This document shows positions 9,664 to 18,300 of a DNA stretch of 32,000 nucleotides, one piece after another. Each line of letters begins with the position of its first letter. The stretch's first letter is position 1. The position numbers and the translations under genes are program-made. The notes beneath the pieces were generated by a model. It searched no databases, was not told the DNA's origin, and worked only from the letters and a program-made list of their open reading frames with translations. Source of the DNA: Candidatus Harpocratesius repetitus (lineage in GTDB: Archaea; Asgardarchaeota; Lokiarchaeia; Sigyniarchaeales; Promethearchaeaceae); the NCBI GenBank assembly GCA_021498095.1, contig JAIZWK010000001.1:2430001-2462000 (forward strand), read 5' to 3'.

Positions 9664-10680
9664 ATGGAAGATGTTAAAGTTACTAACATTGAAGCGAAGT
9701 TATATAAACCAGAACCTTTTGAGAAACAAATGTCAGAAATAACTAAAAAATACTTAGGATTTTTGTTTGTTCCTGGAATGAAAAGTCGAGAATTAGAAAG
9801 ACGACATGAAATGTTGACACGTTTTAAAAGTAAACGAAGATTTATTACCAAATTAAACAATCCTCTGACAATTTTTGGGTTCTTTATAATATTTATTGTG
9901 GTTACTTGGGCTGTTTTTGCCCCTTTAATCACAGTATTTGATTATGATATAGAAATTACCGGTATTGCTGAGGGAATTACTCCATGGTCTGCACCAAATT
10001 ATTTACACCCCTTAGGAGTCTCTAAATTTGGGCGTGATGTATTAGCAAGGTTGATATGGGGTGCGAGATCGTCACTTACTATGGGTTTATTCTCGATTAT
10101 CATTAGTGTCACATTAGGAACTTTACTTGGAATCTTCTCCTCTTATCAAGGAGGAATAATTGATAACATCATCATGCGAATAGTTGATATTATTATGGCT
10201 TTTCCTGGATTGATTATTGTAATCATCTTGATTTCAATATTGAATCCAAGTATGGAAACAATCTTACTTACATATGGTATTTTAGGGATTCCGGGATATA
10301 CAAGATTAATTCGAGGAACCGCACTCCAAGAAAAGAATAAAACCTATGTCGAAGCTGCAAAAGTGGCAGGAGCTAACGATTTAAAAATAATGTTCAAGCA
10401 CATTCTTCCAAATTGTTTAGCACCAATAATTGTTGCATTTACATTTGATATAGGAGGAATTATTTTAAGCTTAGCCGGCCTATCATTTCTTGGCTTCTCT
10501 GATAGTTCATTAGTAGAATGGGGAACGGATATTAATTACGCTCGAAATCATATTTATGATGCACCTTGGGCAGCTTTTACTCCAGGTTTTGGAATTCTGT
10601 TGACTGTTTTAGCCTTTATGTTAGTAGGTGATGGATTACGGGATGCCTTAGATCCTCGATTACAAGGGAGAAAAAATTAA
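9664..10680 (+). CDS. oppC: Peptide/nickel ABC transporter permease, OppC/DppC family (ORF track start 9619; likelier start 9664 after GGAGG)
   Basis: HPLGVSKFGRDVLARLIWGARSSL, YVEAAKVAGA, HILPNCLAP, GDGLRDALDPR. Confidence 0.92.
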   Translation: MEDVKVTNIEAKLYKPEPFEKQMSEITKKYLGFLFVPGMKSRELERRHEMLTRFKSKRRFITKLNNPLTIFGFFIIFIVVTWAVFAPLITVFDYDIEITGIAEGITPWSAPNYLHPLGVSKFGRDVLARLIWGARSSLTMGLFSIIISVTLGTLLGIFSSYQGGIIDNIIMRIVDIIMAFPGLIIVIILISILNPSMETILLTYGILGIPGYTRLIRGTALQEKNKTYVEAAKVAGANDLKIMFKHILPNCLAPIIVAFTFDIGGIILSLAGLSFLGFSDSSLVEWGTDINYARNHIYDAPWAAFTPGFGILLTVLAFMLVGDGLRDALDPRLQGRKN

Positions 10681-10910
10681 ATTTAGAAAAAGTTCATAAC
10701 ACAACTATTTAAGGTGTTTTAAAACCATCTATACCTTTTTTCTTTTAATTATTAAGCCATTTTGGTTCTTTGGAAACAAATTTTCTCTTTACTTTATGTC
10801 ATGTATTACTACTTAGTATCTATATTGCATTCTCTTTTAAGTAGACTAAGATCTTTGATAGTTATTGTCAATATTTAAGAATTTTACGTATATTTGTATT
10901 TTTATTTATT

Positions 10911-11234
10911 TTATTCCATTTTTCTTCTTTCTTTTATTTGATCTAAAAAAACTTTTGGATTTACATAGAATAAAATAAACGGCATTAAAGTTATAAATAA
11001 TCCCAATCCAAATTCAGTGCAAGTATATAATACTCTTATAGGTTGTGAATCGATAACATGGCGTGAAATTATTTGTAAATTTTCAAGCTCTTTAAGTCGG
11101 ATTGAAAGTGTTTTTGAAGAAATTTTTTCAATATGATTCTTTATTTCATTATAAAATGGATTTTTTAATGTAACAATAGCATTAACGATTTGTATCACCC
11201 ATTTCTTTTGAATTAACTGAAATATTCCATGCAT
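10911..11234 (-). CDS. HxlR-family winged-helix transcriptional regulator (frame is open upstream to 11432)
   Basis: QKKWVIQIV, FYNEIKNHIEKISSKTLSIRLKELE, RHVIDSQPIRVLYTCTEFG match the HxlR pattern. Confidence 0.8.
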   Translation of the reverse strand: MHGIFQLIQKKWVIQIVNAIVTLKNPFYNEIKNHIEKISSKTLSIRLKELENLQIISRHVIDSQPIRVLYTCTEFGLGLFITLMPFILFYVNPKVFLDQIKERRKME

Positions 11235-11487
11235 TGCATTATTTTCAAGATCAATAATTGCATGTGATTTCGGTTCAAAATTATGCTCGTTTAGTCCCTT
11301 TATGATTGCTTTCTGAAGTTGTGGATATAATTGAATTAATTCTTTCCATACTGTTTGAAATCTTTCTTGATCAATTCCAGAAACGGTTGATACGATTTTA
11401 AATTCCTCCCAATTAGGTTTCTGCGCAGAAATCTACTTACAATGATGAATCTTTGATATTTATTAAATTACCCTTATTCAGATAATT

Positions 11488-12132
11488 ATGATTCCTGCAT
11501 CTGATTGGTGGAATATTATCAGTAATTATGGATTATCGATTTTTCCGATGCAATTTATCAATTTTGCATTGGGTTTTGTTTTAGTTGTTTACTTTTTAGT
11601 CAAAAAAAATGAACTTGCTAGCCGATTATTGAAATGCTATTTTGTTTATGCATTTCTTTGGATAGGAATTATCTTTTTCTTTCTATTAGGAAAAGATTTA
11701 CCCGCATACATTATACAAACTTCGCTCTTTTCTTTATTAGGGATACTATTTGCAATAGATTTCAAATGGAATAGAATAGTTTTTAAAATACCTCAAGGAA
11801 AAACTAAGAAAACACTATATTTTGTGTTGTTAGTGTTAGTATTTGCTTATCCATTAATTGGTTATCTATTAGGTGGCCATTCTTACCCAAAATTAATAAT
11901 TCTCGGATCTTATCCATGCCCAACCACAGCATTAGCTTTAGTCTTGATTTCTGGAAATAGTCGAAAAATCGATTGGAAAATATTCCTATTACTTCTTATT
12001 TGGGCAATTCCTTTTCCAATCTTTATTCAGATTCCACAATTTGGAGTATATGAAGATATAATTATGTTATTAAGTGGATTGTATTCAGCTGGTTTATGGA
12101 TTTACGATAAAAAGCCCATCCTTCAAAACTAA
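11488..12132 (+). CDS. DUF6064-like integral membrane protein, divergent from the HxlR regulator
   Basis: About 7 hydrophobic segments; WWNIISNY...IFPMQ, WIGIIFF and the PCPTT motif. Confidence 0.65.
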   Translation: MIPASDWWNIISNYGLSIFPMQFINFALGFVLVVYFLVKKNELASRLLKCYFVYAFLWIGIIFFFLLGKDLPAYIIQTSLFSLLGILFAIDFKWNRIVFKIPQGKTKKTLYFVLLVLVFAYPLIGYLLGGHSYPKLIILGSYPCPTTALALVLISGNSRKIDWKIFLLLLIWAIPFPIFIQIPQFGVYEDIIMLLSGLYSAGLWIYDKKPILQN

Positions 12133-12153
12133 TTTTTTATTTTCCTTTCTCTC

Positions 12154-13221
12154 TTAAAATGCTTTTTCAAATGGAAGAAGATTGAAAAGAAAATCTATTT
12201 TTGAGGTAAAAGTGGCATAAATACTCAAATCATCCAATTTTTCCTTTAAAGCCTGGTTAAAATTTTTGATGAACTGGGCTAATATGTTTTTTATTATTTT
12301 TTCAATTCCGAAAAACATTTTATTTACCAATAAAATCGCACAGATGGATCGATTTTGAACTGATTTGTAATCTAATAGAAAAATTCGGTCTCCAAAATAT
12401 AATTGTTTGATTTTTGATTGAGTACAGGCAATCTTTTGCTGAATAATGGTGGAAGCATGAAAACTTGGTTCTAAAAGTTGAACATCTTTTCCGAGTTTAA
12501 ATAAAACCATTCCACTTTCAGCATCTATAATAAGAAACTGGAATACTTTAATTGAATTTATGAATATCGACTTTGGATAGCGTAAATATAAAAATGTTGT
12601 TATTGAGAATCCAATAATTAAAAAAACTTCGCGTAAATACATGAAATGAAAAATTTTCACAAAAGCTTCCCTTAAAAATGCAATAATAAAACCCATTAAG
12701 ATATATTTTTGATAGTTCTTTTCTTTGGTTAAGGTATTTTTATTAAAAGATTGAGTATAACGGTAAATTAATATTCCGACAATAGATCCTAAAAAAATGC
12801 CAATAAAAATGCTCATGATCGAAGTAAATTTCAAGATCCAACCATAATTTAATGAATATTCAATAATCCAAGGTGAGTGGATGCAATTTCCCAATAAAAA
12901 AGCAGAGTATATTGAAATAAAAAAGAAATTTCCTGTTAATTTTTCTTGTTGAAGTGTTTCGATAAAAAAAACGAATAGAGGCATGCTAACAAACCAGCAA
13001 ATAACACGACTTTCCATTAATATCAGTGCGATTTCAGGTCTTGATGAAGGAATAAAGAATGTAATTAAGTAAAATAAGTCATTTAGAAAGAATAAAATAA
13101 GAAATATCGACTTAATTAGACTAGGAAAAAAATTAGTTTGTCGAAAATGCATTTGAATTGCTATAATAAGGATTATTTCAATAAATAATATCCAGACTAG
13201 CAGTAAAAAACTGAGGAACAT
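12154..13221 (-). CDS. Seven-TM membrane protein with C-terminal cytoplasmic longin-like domain
   Basis: Seven hydrophobic helices in about residues 1-215. Then FQFLIIDAESGMVLF...KIKQLYFGDRIFLLDY...CAILLVNK...ILAQFIKNF...DDLSIYATFTSKIDFLF, a beta2-alpha-beta3-alpha2 longin pattern. Confidence 0.55.
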   Translation of the reverse strand: MFLSFLLLVWILFIEIILIIAIQMHFRQTNFFPSLIKSIFLILFFLNDLFYLITFFIPSSRPEIALILMESRVICWFVSMPLFVFFIETLQQEKLTGNFFFISIYSAFLLGNCIHSPWIIEYSLNYGWILKFTSIMSIFIGIFLGSIVGILIYRYTQSFNKNTLTKEKNYQKYILMGFIIAFLREAFVKIFHFMYLREVFLIIGFSITTFLYLRYPKSIFINSIKVFQFLIIDAESGMVLFKLGKDVQLLEPSFHASTIIQQKIACTQSKIKQLYFGDRIFLLDYKSVQNRSICAILLVNKMFFGIEKIIKNILAQFIKNFNQALKEKLDDLSIYATFTSKIDFLFNLLPFEKAF

Positions 13222-13873
13222 ATACCATATTCATGAAAAAGTACGTTAAAGTTTTAGGATTCGAAATTGAATAATAATGCGAAAATTGTAACGTGTTTAT
13301 TTTTTCCTGAACAAATCGGATCAAAAAAATTTTTGCCGCGAATAAGTCAAAGATTTCTACTCTCTTCACGGCTGAATTTTAAATTATAATTATCGAATCA
13401 TCTGGAAAGAATAGAAAAAATTGATATTTAGGTTTGTGAGTAAAATTAAAAGAAAAACGATTGTTTTATGAGGCTTTAGTAATTTTTTTTAATTTAATCA
13501 AAATCTATCTTTTGAGCCAATTTTCATGACAATACTTCCATGCATCCAATTATTATTTGAGTCGGTATTTTTACAATCTTAAATTCGATTAATAATTTCA
13601 TATTTTTATCATTTTTCTTTGAATTATTGACTTAATCTTATTTTTTTTCTTTAACTATCTTTCGACAAATTTAAAATTAGGATAGATTTGGGGATTGTGG
13701 AAAATTTAGAGAAGATTTTCGGATTTCCTTCAATTCTTTGAATTCTGCTATAACCTCTTATATAAAGGTTTTTTATATTTGCATTTTTCATCGAAAAGAT
13801 TCTTAAGCAAAATTTCATCCTTAACTTTACGGTCTATTTTATATTTCTTATTTTCCACATTTTTAGGCCTTTT

Positions 13874-14530
13874 TTAGGGAATGACAAAAATTTGTTCTGC
13901 TAATTGTCTGTCTATTGCAAACCTGGAATCTTTTATCGTTAAAACTTGATTATATTTATTTCGACACGAGATCTCAATCCTTTGTCCAGGATATATTCCC
14001 AGGGCTATTAATTTATAGAACATTTTTTCATTTTTCAGAGAAATCCGATAAATCGTTGCATAGGGAAGAGTAAATTTTGACAATGGAATGCTATCTATAT
14101 TACTTAATTTTTGAGTAAAAATGATTTTTTCAATGTCATGATTCGAAATCATATGTTCAAGAATATGGGCGATTTTATGCTTGTTTATTGATGGAGTTTC
14201 TGTTTGAAAAGCAGATTCGATGGCTTCATATTTTCGCAAAATGCCCTTTCCTATTTCTTGTCCCTTTTCTAATAAGATAATCCATCCATTATCTATAATT
14301 ATTAGATTTTGATTTTCCATTATTGTAAGTATTCGCCCCAATTTTTTCGAATCTGGGCAAATTTTTTTTAAAAGATGAAGTTGTATTTGTTTTTTTTCTT
14401 CTTGTACAATTGCTCGTAAAATATCTTCGCCTAAATCTTGCAATTCGGACCAAATTAAATCAAATTTCTTTGAATTTCGACTAAATCTTCGTTGTCTTTG
14501 TCTTCTTCGTTGGAAACGATGTTTTGGCAT
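13874..14530 (-). CDS. DtxR/MntR-family metal-dependent regulator with C-terminal FeoA/SH3-like domain and Arg-rich N-terminus
   Basis: GEDILRAI, wHTH LGRILTIMENQNLI, GQEIGKGILRKYEAIE, IAHILEHMIS, FeoA-like KLIALGIYPGQRIEI. AGGAG RBS precedes the ATG. Confidence 0.8.
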   Translation of the reverse strand: MPKHRFQRRRQRQRRFSRNSKKFDLIWSELQDLGEDILRAIVQEEKKQIQLHLLKKICPDSKKLGRILTIMENQNLIIIDNGWIILLEKGQEIGKGILRKYEAIESAFQTETPSINKHKIAHILEHMISNHDIEKIIFTQKLSNIDSIPLSKFTLPYATIYRISLKNEKMFYKLIALGIYPGQRIEISCRNKYNQVLTIKDSRFAIDRQLAEQIFVIP

Positions 14531-14597
14531 TTTTTTCTCCTTTTTTTCATGATAAAATTTCTTAGAAATATTAAAAAACTAAAAAATTAAAAAAGTA

Positions 14598-14628
14598 AAA
14601 ATTGTTAAAACTGCTAAAACTGCTAAAA
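14598..14628. repeat. Short 9-bp tandem repeat upstream of the dtxR-like gene
   Basis: aaaattgtt aaaactgct aaaactgct aaaa. Confidence 0.5.
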
Positions 14629-14761
14629 AAGAGCCGAGAAGTTAATCTTAATAACATTTTCGATGAACAACATTTGTCAACATCTGTATTATTGAAGTGA
14701 ACTTCTCGCTCATGAATAGAAATTATATGATTAATCTTTATTTCCTATAATCTTGATTTTA

Positions 14762-15235
14762 TCACACTTTTTCAAAAATTATATATTTTTTCTTCCAAAT
14801 TCTCAAAACGGGCAGATTAATAAAGAAAAGCATCATCTCCAGATGGAAACCTGAATACCAATTCCATCCCTCAAAATTCATTTGAATCAAAAGATCGAGA
14901 ATTTGGCATCCATAGATAAGGATACTTAATCCACCAATTCCTAATAATAGAAATCCCCCTCCAATAATGAAACTATATGCTTTTGATGGATTTAATTTCA
15001 AATTCGTTAGTGCACTGATATAAATTATTAATGATAGCACCATAATAAAGAGTCTAATTAGAAAATCTGGCCAACTTCCGGTTATTTCGGATAAACCGAT
15101 AGGATCTAGTGTTTCACCGGATAAAAATGGGATTTTAATCCATAAAGATAATACTTCTAAGGCAATAATCAAACATATAAAGAATAGATTAAGGACTGCA
15201 ATTAGCTTCATTATTTGTGGATAATTTTCTTTCAT
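14762..15235 (-). CDS. Hypothetical 4-TM membrane protein translationally coupled to feoB
   Basis: Its ATG overlaps the feoB stop (TAATG) at 15235. Four hydrophobic segments. Confidence 0.75.
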   Translation of the reverse strand: MKENYPQIMKLIAVLNLFFICLIIALEVLSLWIKIPFLSGETLDPIGLSEITGSWPDFLIRLFIMVLSLIIYISALTNLKLNPSKAYSFIIGGGFLLLGIGGLSILIYGCQILDLLIQMNFEGWNWYSGFHLEMMLFFINLPVLRIWKKKYIIFEKV

Positions 15236-17205
15236 TAGAAATATACACCTCCGATTAATTGAACCAAAAATGCCATAAAATAGGCTAATCCTAATCCATA
15301 AAGAACACTAAATATAGTCCATTTCTTAGAGCCTGTTTCTTGATAAATAGTACCGAGAGCTGCAACACAAGGGGTGTAAAGTAAAATAAATACTAAAAAG
15401 CTGTAGGCAATTACTGGAGATGAACCAAATTCCATGAATATTGTTGGACCTAAACTTGGTAAAGATTCACTAACTCCAAGCATTAATGCAAAAGCGGAGA
15501 TCACAACTTCTTTTGCGATAAATCCAAAAATAATTCCGATAACAGCAATAACGCCGAAATGTAAAGGGCTGAAAATAGGTTGAATGAATTTTCCAAATGT
15601 ATAAAGATATGATTCATTCGGCGAACTTCCTAAAGGAAATACTTGCAAAAACCATAGAATAATTACGGTTACTAATATGATTTTACCAGCTTTCTTAAGA
15701 AATTCACGACCCCGTTCCCACATATGAATTACGGTATATTTCACAGTTGGAAAACGATAGTCTCCTAATTCTAATAAAAATAGGCTTCTTTCACTTTTCA
15801 GAACAAATTTTTGTAGAATAAGAGCCATAGAAATGCCGACTATTATACCTAATAAATATAGACTGAAAACTATACCCCCTGCATTTTCTCTCCACACCAC
15901 TCCTGCTATTAAGATATAAACGGGCAATCTAGCGCTGCATGAGATATTTTGATTTATCATTATCGTCACTAAACGATCTTTTTCCGATTCAATTGAGCGG
16001 GCGGACATTATTGCTGGAATATTACACCCAAAACCAAGTATCAAAGATACAAAAGATCTTCCATGCAATCCTAACTTGTACATAAAACGATCCATCACAA
16101 ATGCGGCTCGAGAGAGATATCCTGAATCTTCTAAAAATGATAAAACAAGAAACATCAAAAAGATGTTGGGTAAGAAGATTATTATCGAACCAAACCCATT
16201 AATCAAACCATCAACAAGAAATGAACTTAATAGCGATTCTCCTAACAGATTTATAATCAGAACACCTAGCTTTTCTTGAATAAGTTCAATTAAACTCATA
16301 AATGGGGTTGCAACTTGAAATGTAAATTCAAACATAGCCCACAAGATAACCAAAAATATTGGAATTCCAAGATATTTATCTAAGAAAAATTGATCTAAAA
16401 ATCCACTAACACTAAAATGATTTCTTGGACTTTTATAGCAGTTTTTAATAATTTCACTTATATATGAATACCTAGCGCTTGCTAATAAAATTCTATCCTC
16501 CTTTTTAACAAGTTTTTCTATATCACCTATTATTTTTTCTCCATCTGGGATTTCTCTTATTTTTTCAAAAACTTTTTCATCTTTTTCCAAGATTTTGATT
16601 GAAATCCAGCGTAAGTTATCATCTTTTTGAAATTGATCATACTTAGTCAGAATATCTTTAATTTGAGTTATGCGACTCTCAATTTCTTCATCATATAAAA
16701 CTCTATCATCCTTTAACGAAGACGATTTCAATTCTTGTTTAATTAGCTTTTTTAAATCTGATATTCCTTCATCATTGATTGCAGCTGTGGAAATCACCGG
16801 ACTTTTTAAATACTTCTCCAGTTTTTTTAAATCAATTTGAATTTTTTTTTTCCGAACAATATCCATCATATTTAATACAAAAATAACCGATACATTGATT
16901 TCTTTTAAAAGAAGTCCTAAATACAAATTTCTTTCTAAATTTGTCGCATCGAGAATATCAATAACAAGTTGTGGAGAATCTTCTAAAATATAATTTCGTG
17001 CAATTAAATCATCAATCGCAGTGGCTGTTAAGGAATATGTTCCTGGAAGATCCACAACAGTAATATTATCCATTTTTCCAGTTTTTTTTTCAACCGTTAC
17101 TCCAGGCCAATTTGCAACATGGGCTTTGGAACCAGTTAATGCATTAAACACAACTGTTTTTCCCACATTAGGATTTCCTATTAAAGCTATTGTCTGCTCA
17201 CTCAC
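15235..17205 (-). CDS. feoB: Ferrous iron transporter FeoB (ORF track start TTG 17220; likelier GTG 17205 after GAGGTG)
   Basis: G1 GNPNVGKT, G2 VANWPGVTVE, G3 DLPG, G4 NMMD; GYLSRAAFVMDR, LGFGCNIPA, CSARLPVY, AKEVVIS, LYTPCVA. Confidence 0.97.
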   Translation of the reverse strand: MSEQTIALIGNPNVGKTVVFNALTGSKAHVANWPGVTVEKKTGKMDNITVVDLPGTYSLTATAIDDLIARNYILEDSPQLVIDILDATNLERNLYLGLLLKEINVSVIFVLNMMDIVRKKKIQIDLKKLEKYLKSPVISTAAINDEGISDLKKLIKQELKSSSLKDDRVLYDEEIESRITQIKDILTKYDQFQKDDNLRWISIKILEKDEKVFEKIREIPDGEKIIGDIEKLVKKEDRILLASARYSYISEIIKNCYKSPRNHFSVSGFLDQFFLDKYLGIPIFLVILWAMFEFTFQVATPFMSLIELIQEKLGVLIINLLGESLLSSFLVDGLINGFGSIIIFLPNIFLMFLVLSFLEDSGYLSRAAFVMDRFMYKLGLHGRSFVSLILGFGCNIPAIMSARSIESEKDRLVTIMINQNISCSARLPVYILIAGVVWRENAGGIVFSLYLLGIIVGISMALILQKFVLKSERSLFLLELGDYRFPTVKYTVIHMWERGREFLKKAGKIILVTVIILWFLQVFPLGSSPNESYLYTFGKFIQPIFSPLHFGVIAVIGIIFGFIAKEVVISAFALMLGVSESLPSLGPTIFMEFGSSPVIAYSFLVFILLYTPCVAALGTIYQETGSKKWTIFSVLYGLGLAYFMAFLVQLIGGVYF

Positions 17206-17419
17206 GAATTTCCACCTCAATTTTCTGGCATTCTTCTTTTCTTAAAGAGAGTGAATAATTCTTAATTTCAAATTCGAAAGGATCTCCAACAGGTGCTTTT
17301 CGAATTAGTTTTATTTCTGAACCTGGGATTAATCCCATTTCTAAAAGGCGATGTAAATCGGAATCAACTTTTTTAATGATTCCTATTTCTCCAATCTTCA
17401 ATTCTGACAACAAAATCAT
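17198..17419 (-). CDS. feoA: Ferrous iron transport protein FeoA
   Basis: LSELKIGE, HRLLEMGLIPGSEIKLIRKAPVGDP, LSLRKEE. Overlaps the feoB start; GAGGT RBS. Confidence 0.95.
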   Translation of the reverse strand: MILLSELKIGEIGIIKKVDSDLHRLLEMGLIPGSEIKLIRKAPVGDPFEFEIKNYSLSLRKEECQKIEVEIRE

Positions 17420-17430
17420 GGTATAACCTC

Positions 17431-17499
17431 AAGTTTAGATAAAATCGAAATTTAGCTTTATTTATCTAAACTTTTTTAGGCGTGTCTAATAAAAATTAG
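17431..17499. promoter_or_regulatory. Candidate DtxR-family operator array in the feoA / feoC-like divergent promoter
   Basis: Perfect 13-bp inverted repeat aagtttagataaa (17431-17443) / tttatctaaactt (17461-17473). CTAA 17466, TTAG 17476, CTAA 17486, TTAG 17496 at exact 10-bp steps, including TTAGGCGTGTCTAA. Confidence 0.65.
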
Positions 17500-17662
17500 T
17501 TATATTATTATTTAAAAGTTTCTTTTTGATTGTTATAGGAATAACAGAGATTTTTATTCAGAATTACTTAAATATTAAATGTATTAAAATAAAATACATC
17601 AAAATTTAATCAGCCGGAAAACTTAAAGAATATTATTAAATAAAAATATATTATTATTAGAC

Positions 17663-17971
17663 ATGTCTAAAACAAAAAAGAAGATCCTACTAAATCGAGA
17701 TTTAATCCCTAAAATTCTTCAGCATATTGAAAATGCAGGTATCATCGATCTTGAACGAATAGTTATTGATTTTGATATAACACAAAATCTTTTGAATATG
17801 ATTCTCGAAGATTTAATTAAGGAAAATCTTATAGAAACGATTGATGATATAAAGACAAATTGTAATTTAAATTTAAAATGCTCTCATTGCCCGTTTGCAA
17901 AAAATTGTGGAAATACAATCAAAAAACGATATTTATTAAAGAAATCATCTGTTGATCTCATCAACTATTAG
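17663..17971 (+). CDS. FeoC-like winged-helix protein with C-terminal Cys cluster
   Basis: wHTH (ILQHIENAGIIDLERIVIDFDITQNLLNMILEDLIKENLI) followed by C-x5-C-x2-C-x5-C (CNLNLKCSHCPFAKNC). Divergent from feoA. Confidence 0.65.
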   Translation: MSKTKKKILLNRDLIPKILQHIENAGIIDLERIVIDFDITQNLLNMILEDLIKENLIETIDDIKTNCNLNLKCSHCPFAKNCGNTIKKRYLLKKSSVDLINY

Positions 17972-18047
17972 TGAAAGAATTTTAAAATTCAAAATAATTA
18001 TGCTTTTCACGCTTTTACCTTAGCCTATAAACCCAATATTCCATGGT

Positions 18048-18067
18048 TACGGTCATTAATGACCGTA
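18048..18067. repeat. Perfect 20-bp palindrome
   Basis: tacggtcattaatgaccgta is its own reverse complement and is GC-richer than its surroundings. Confidence 0.9.
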
Positions 18068-18085
18068 TGTCAATATCTTGAACAA

Positions 18086-18110
18086 TCGGGGTTGTACCCG
18101 AAATTTTTTT
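18086..18110 (+). terminator. Small hairpin followed by T-tract
   Basis: tcggg-gttgta-cccga then aattttttt. Confidence 0.4.
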
Positions 18111-18167
18111 AGCATTTAATAGGAGAGAAATCAAGTTTTTACTTTTATTTTATACCATGTTTTTCCT

Positions 18168-18209
18168 ATATCTTGACATGTTTTTCTATAAAATTTTTTA
18201 AAGGTTAAG
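18168..18209 (+). repeat. Copy 1 of a 42-bp imperfect direct repeat (promoter-like)
   Basis: atatcttgacatgtttttctataaaattttttaaaggttaag matches 19521-19562 at 35/42 positions without gaps. Confidence 0.8.
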
Positions 18210-18300
18210 CATGAAAAAGAAAATTTGAAATAAATATATGAGAAAGAATAAAGGATAGAATAAATTAAAGAATAAACGAATAAAAGAAAATGGCATAAAA

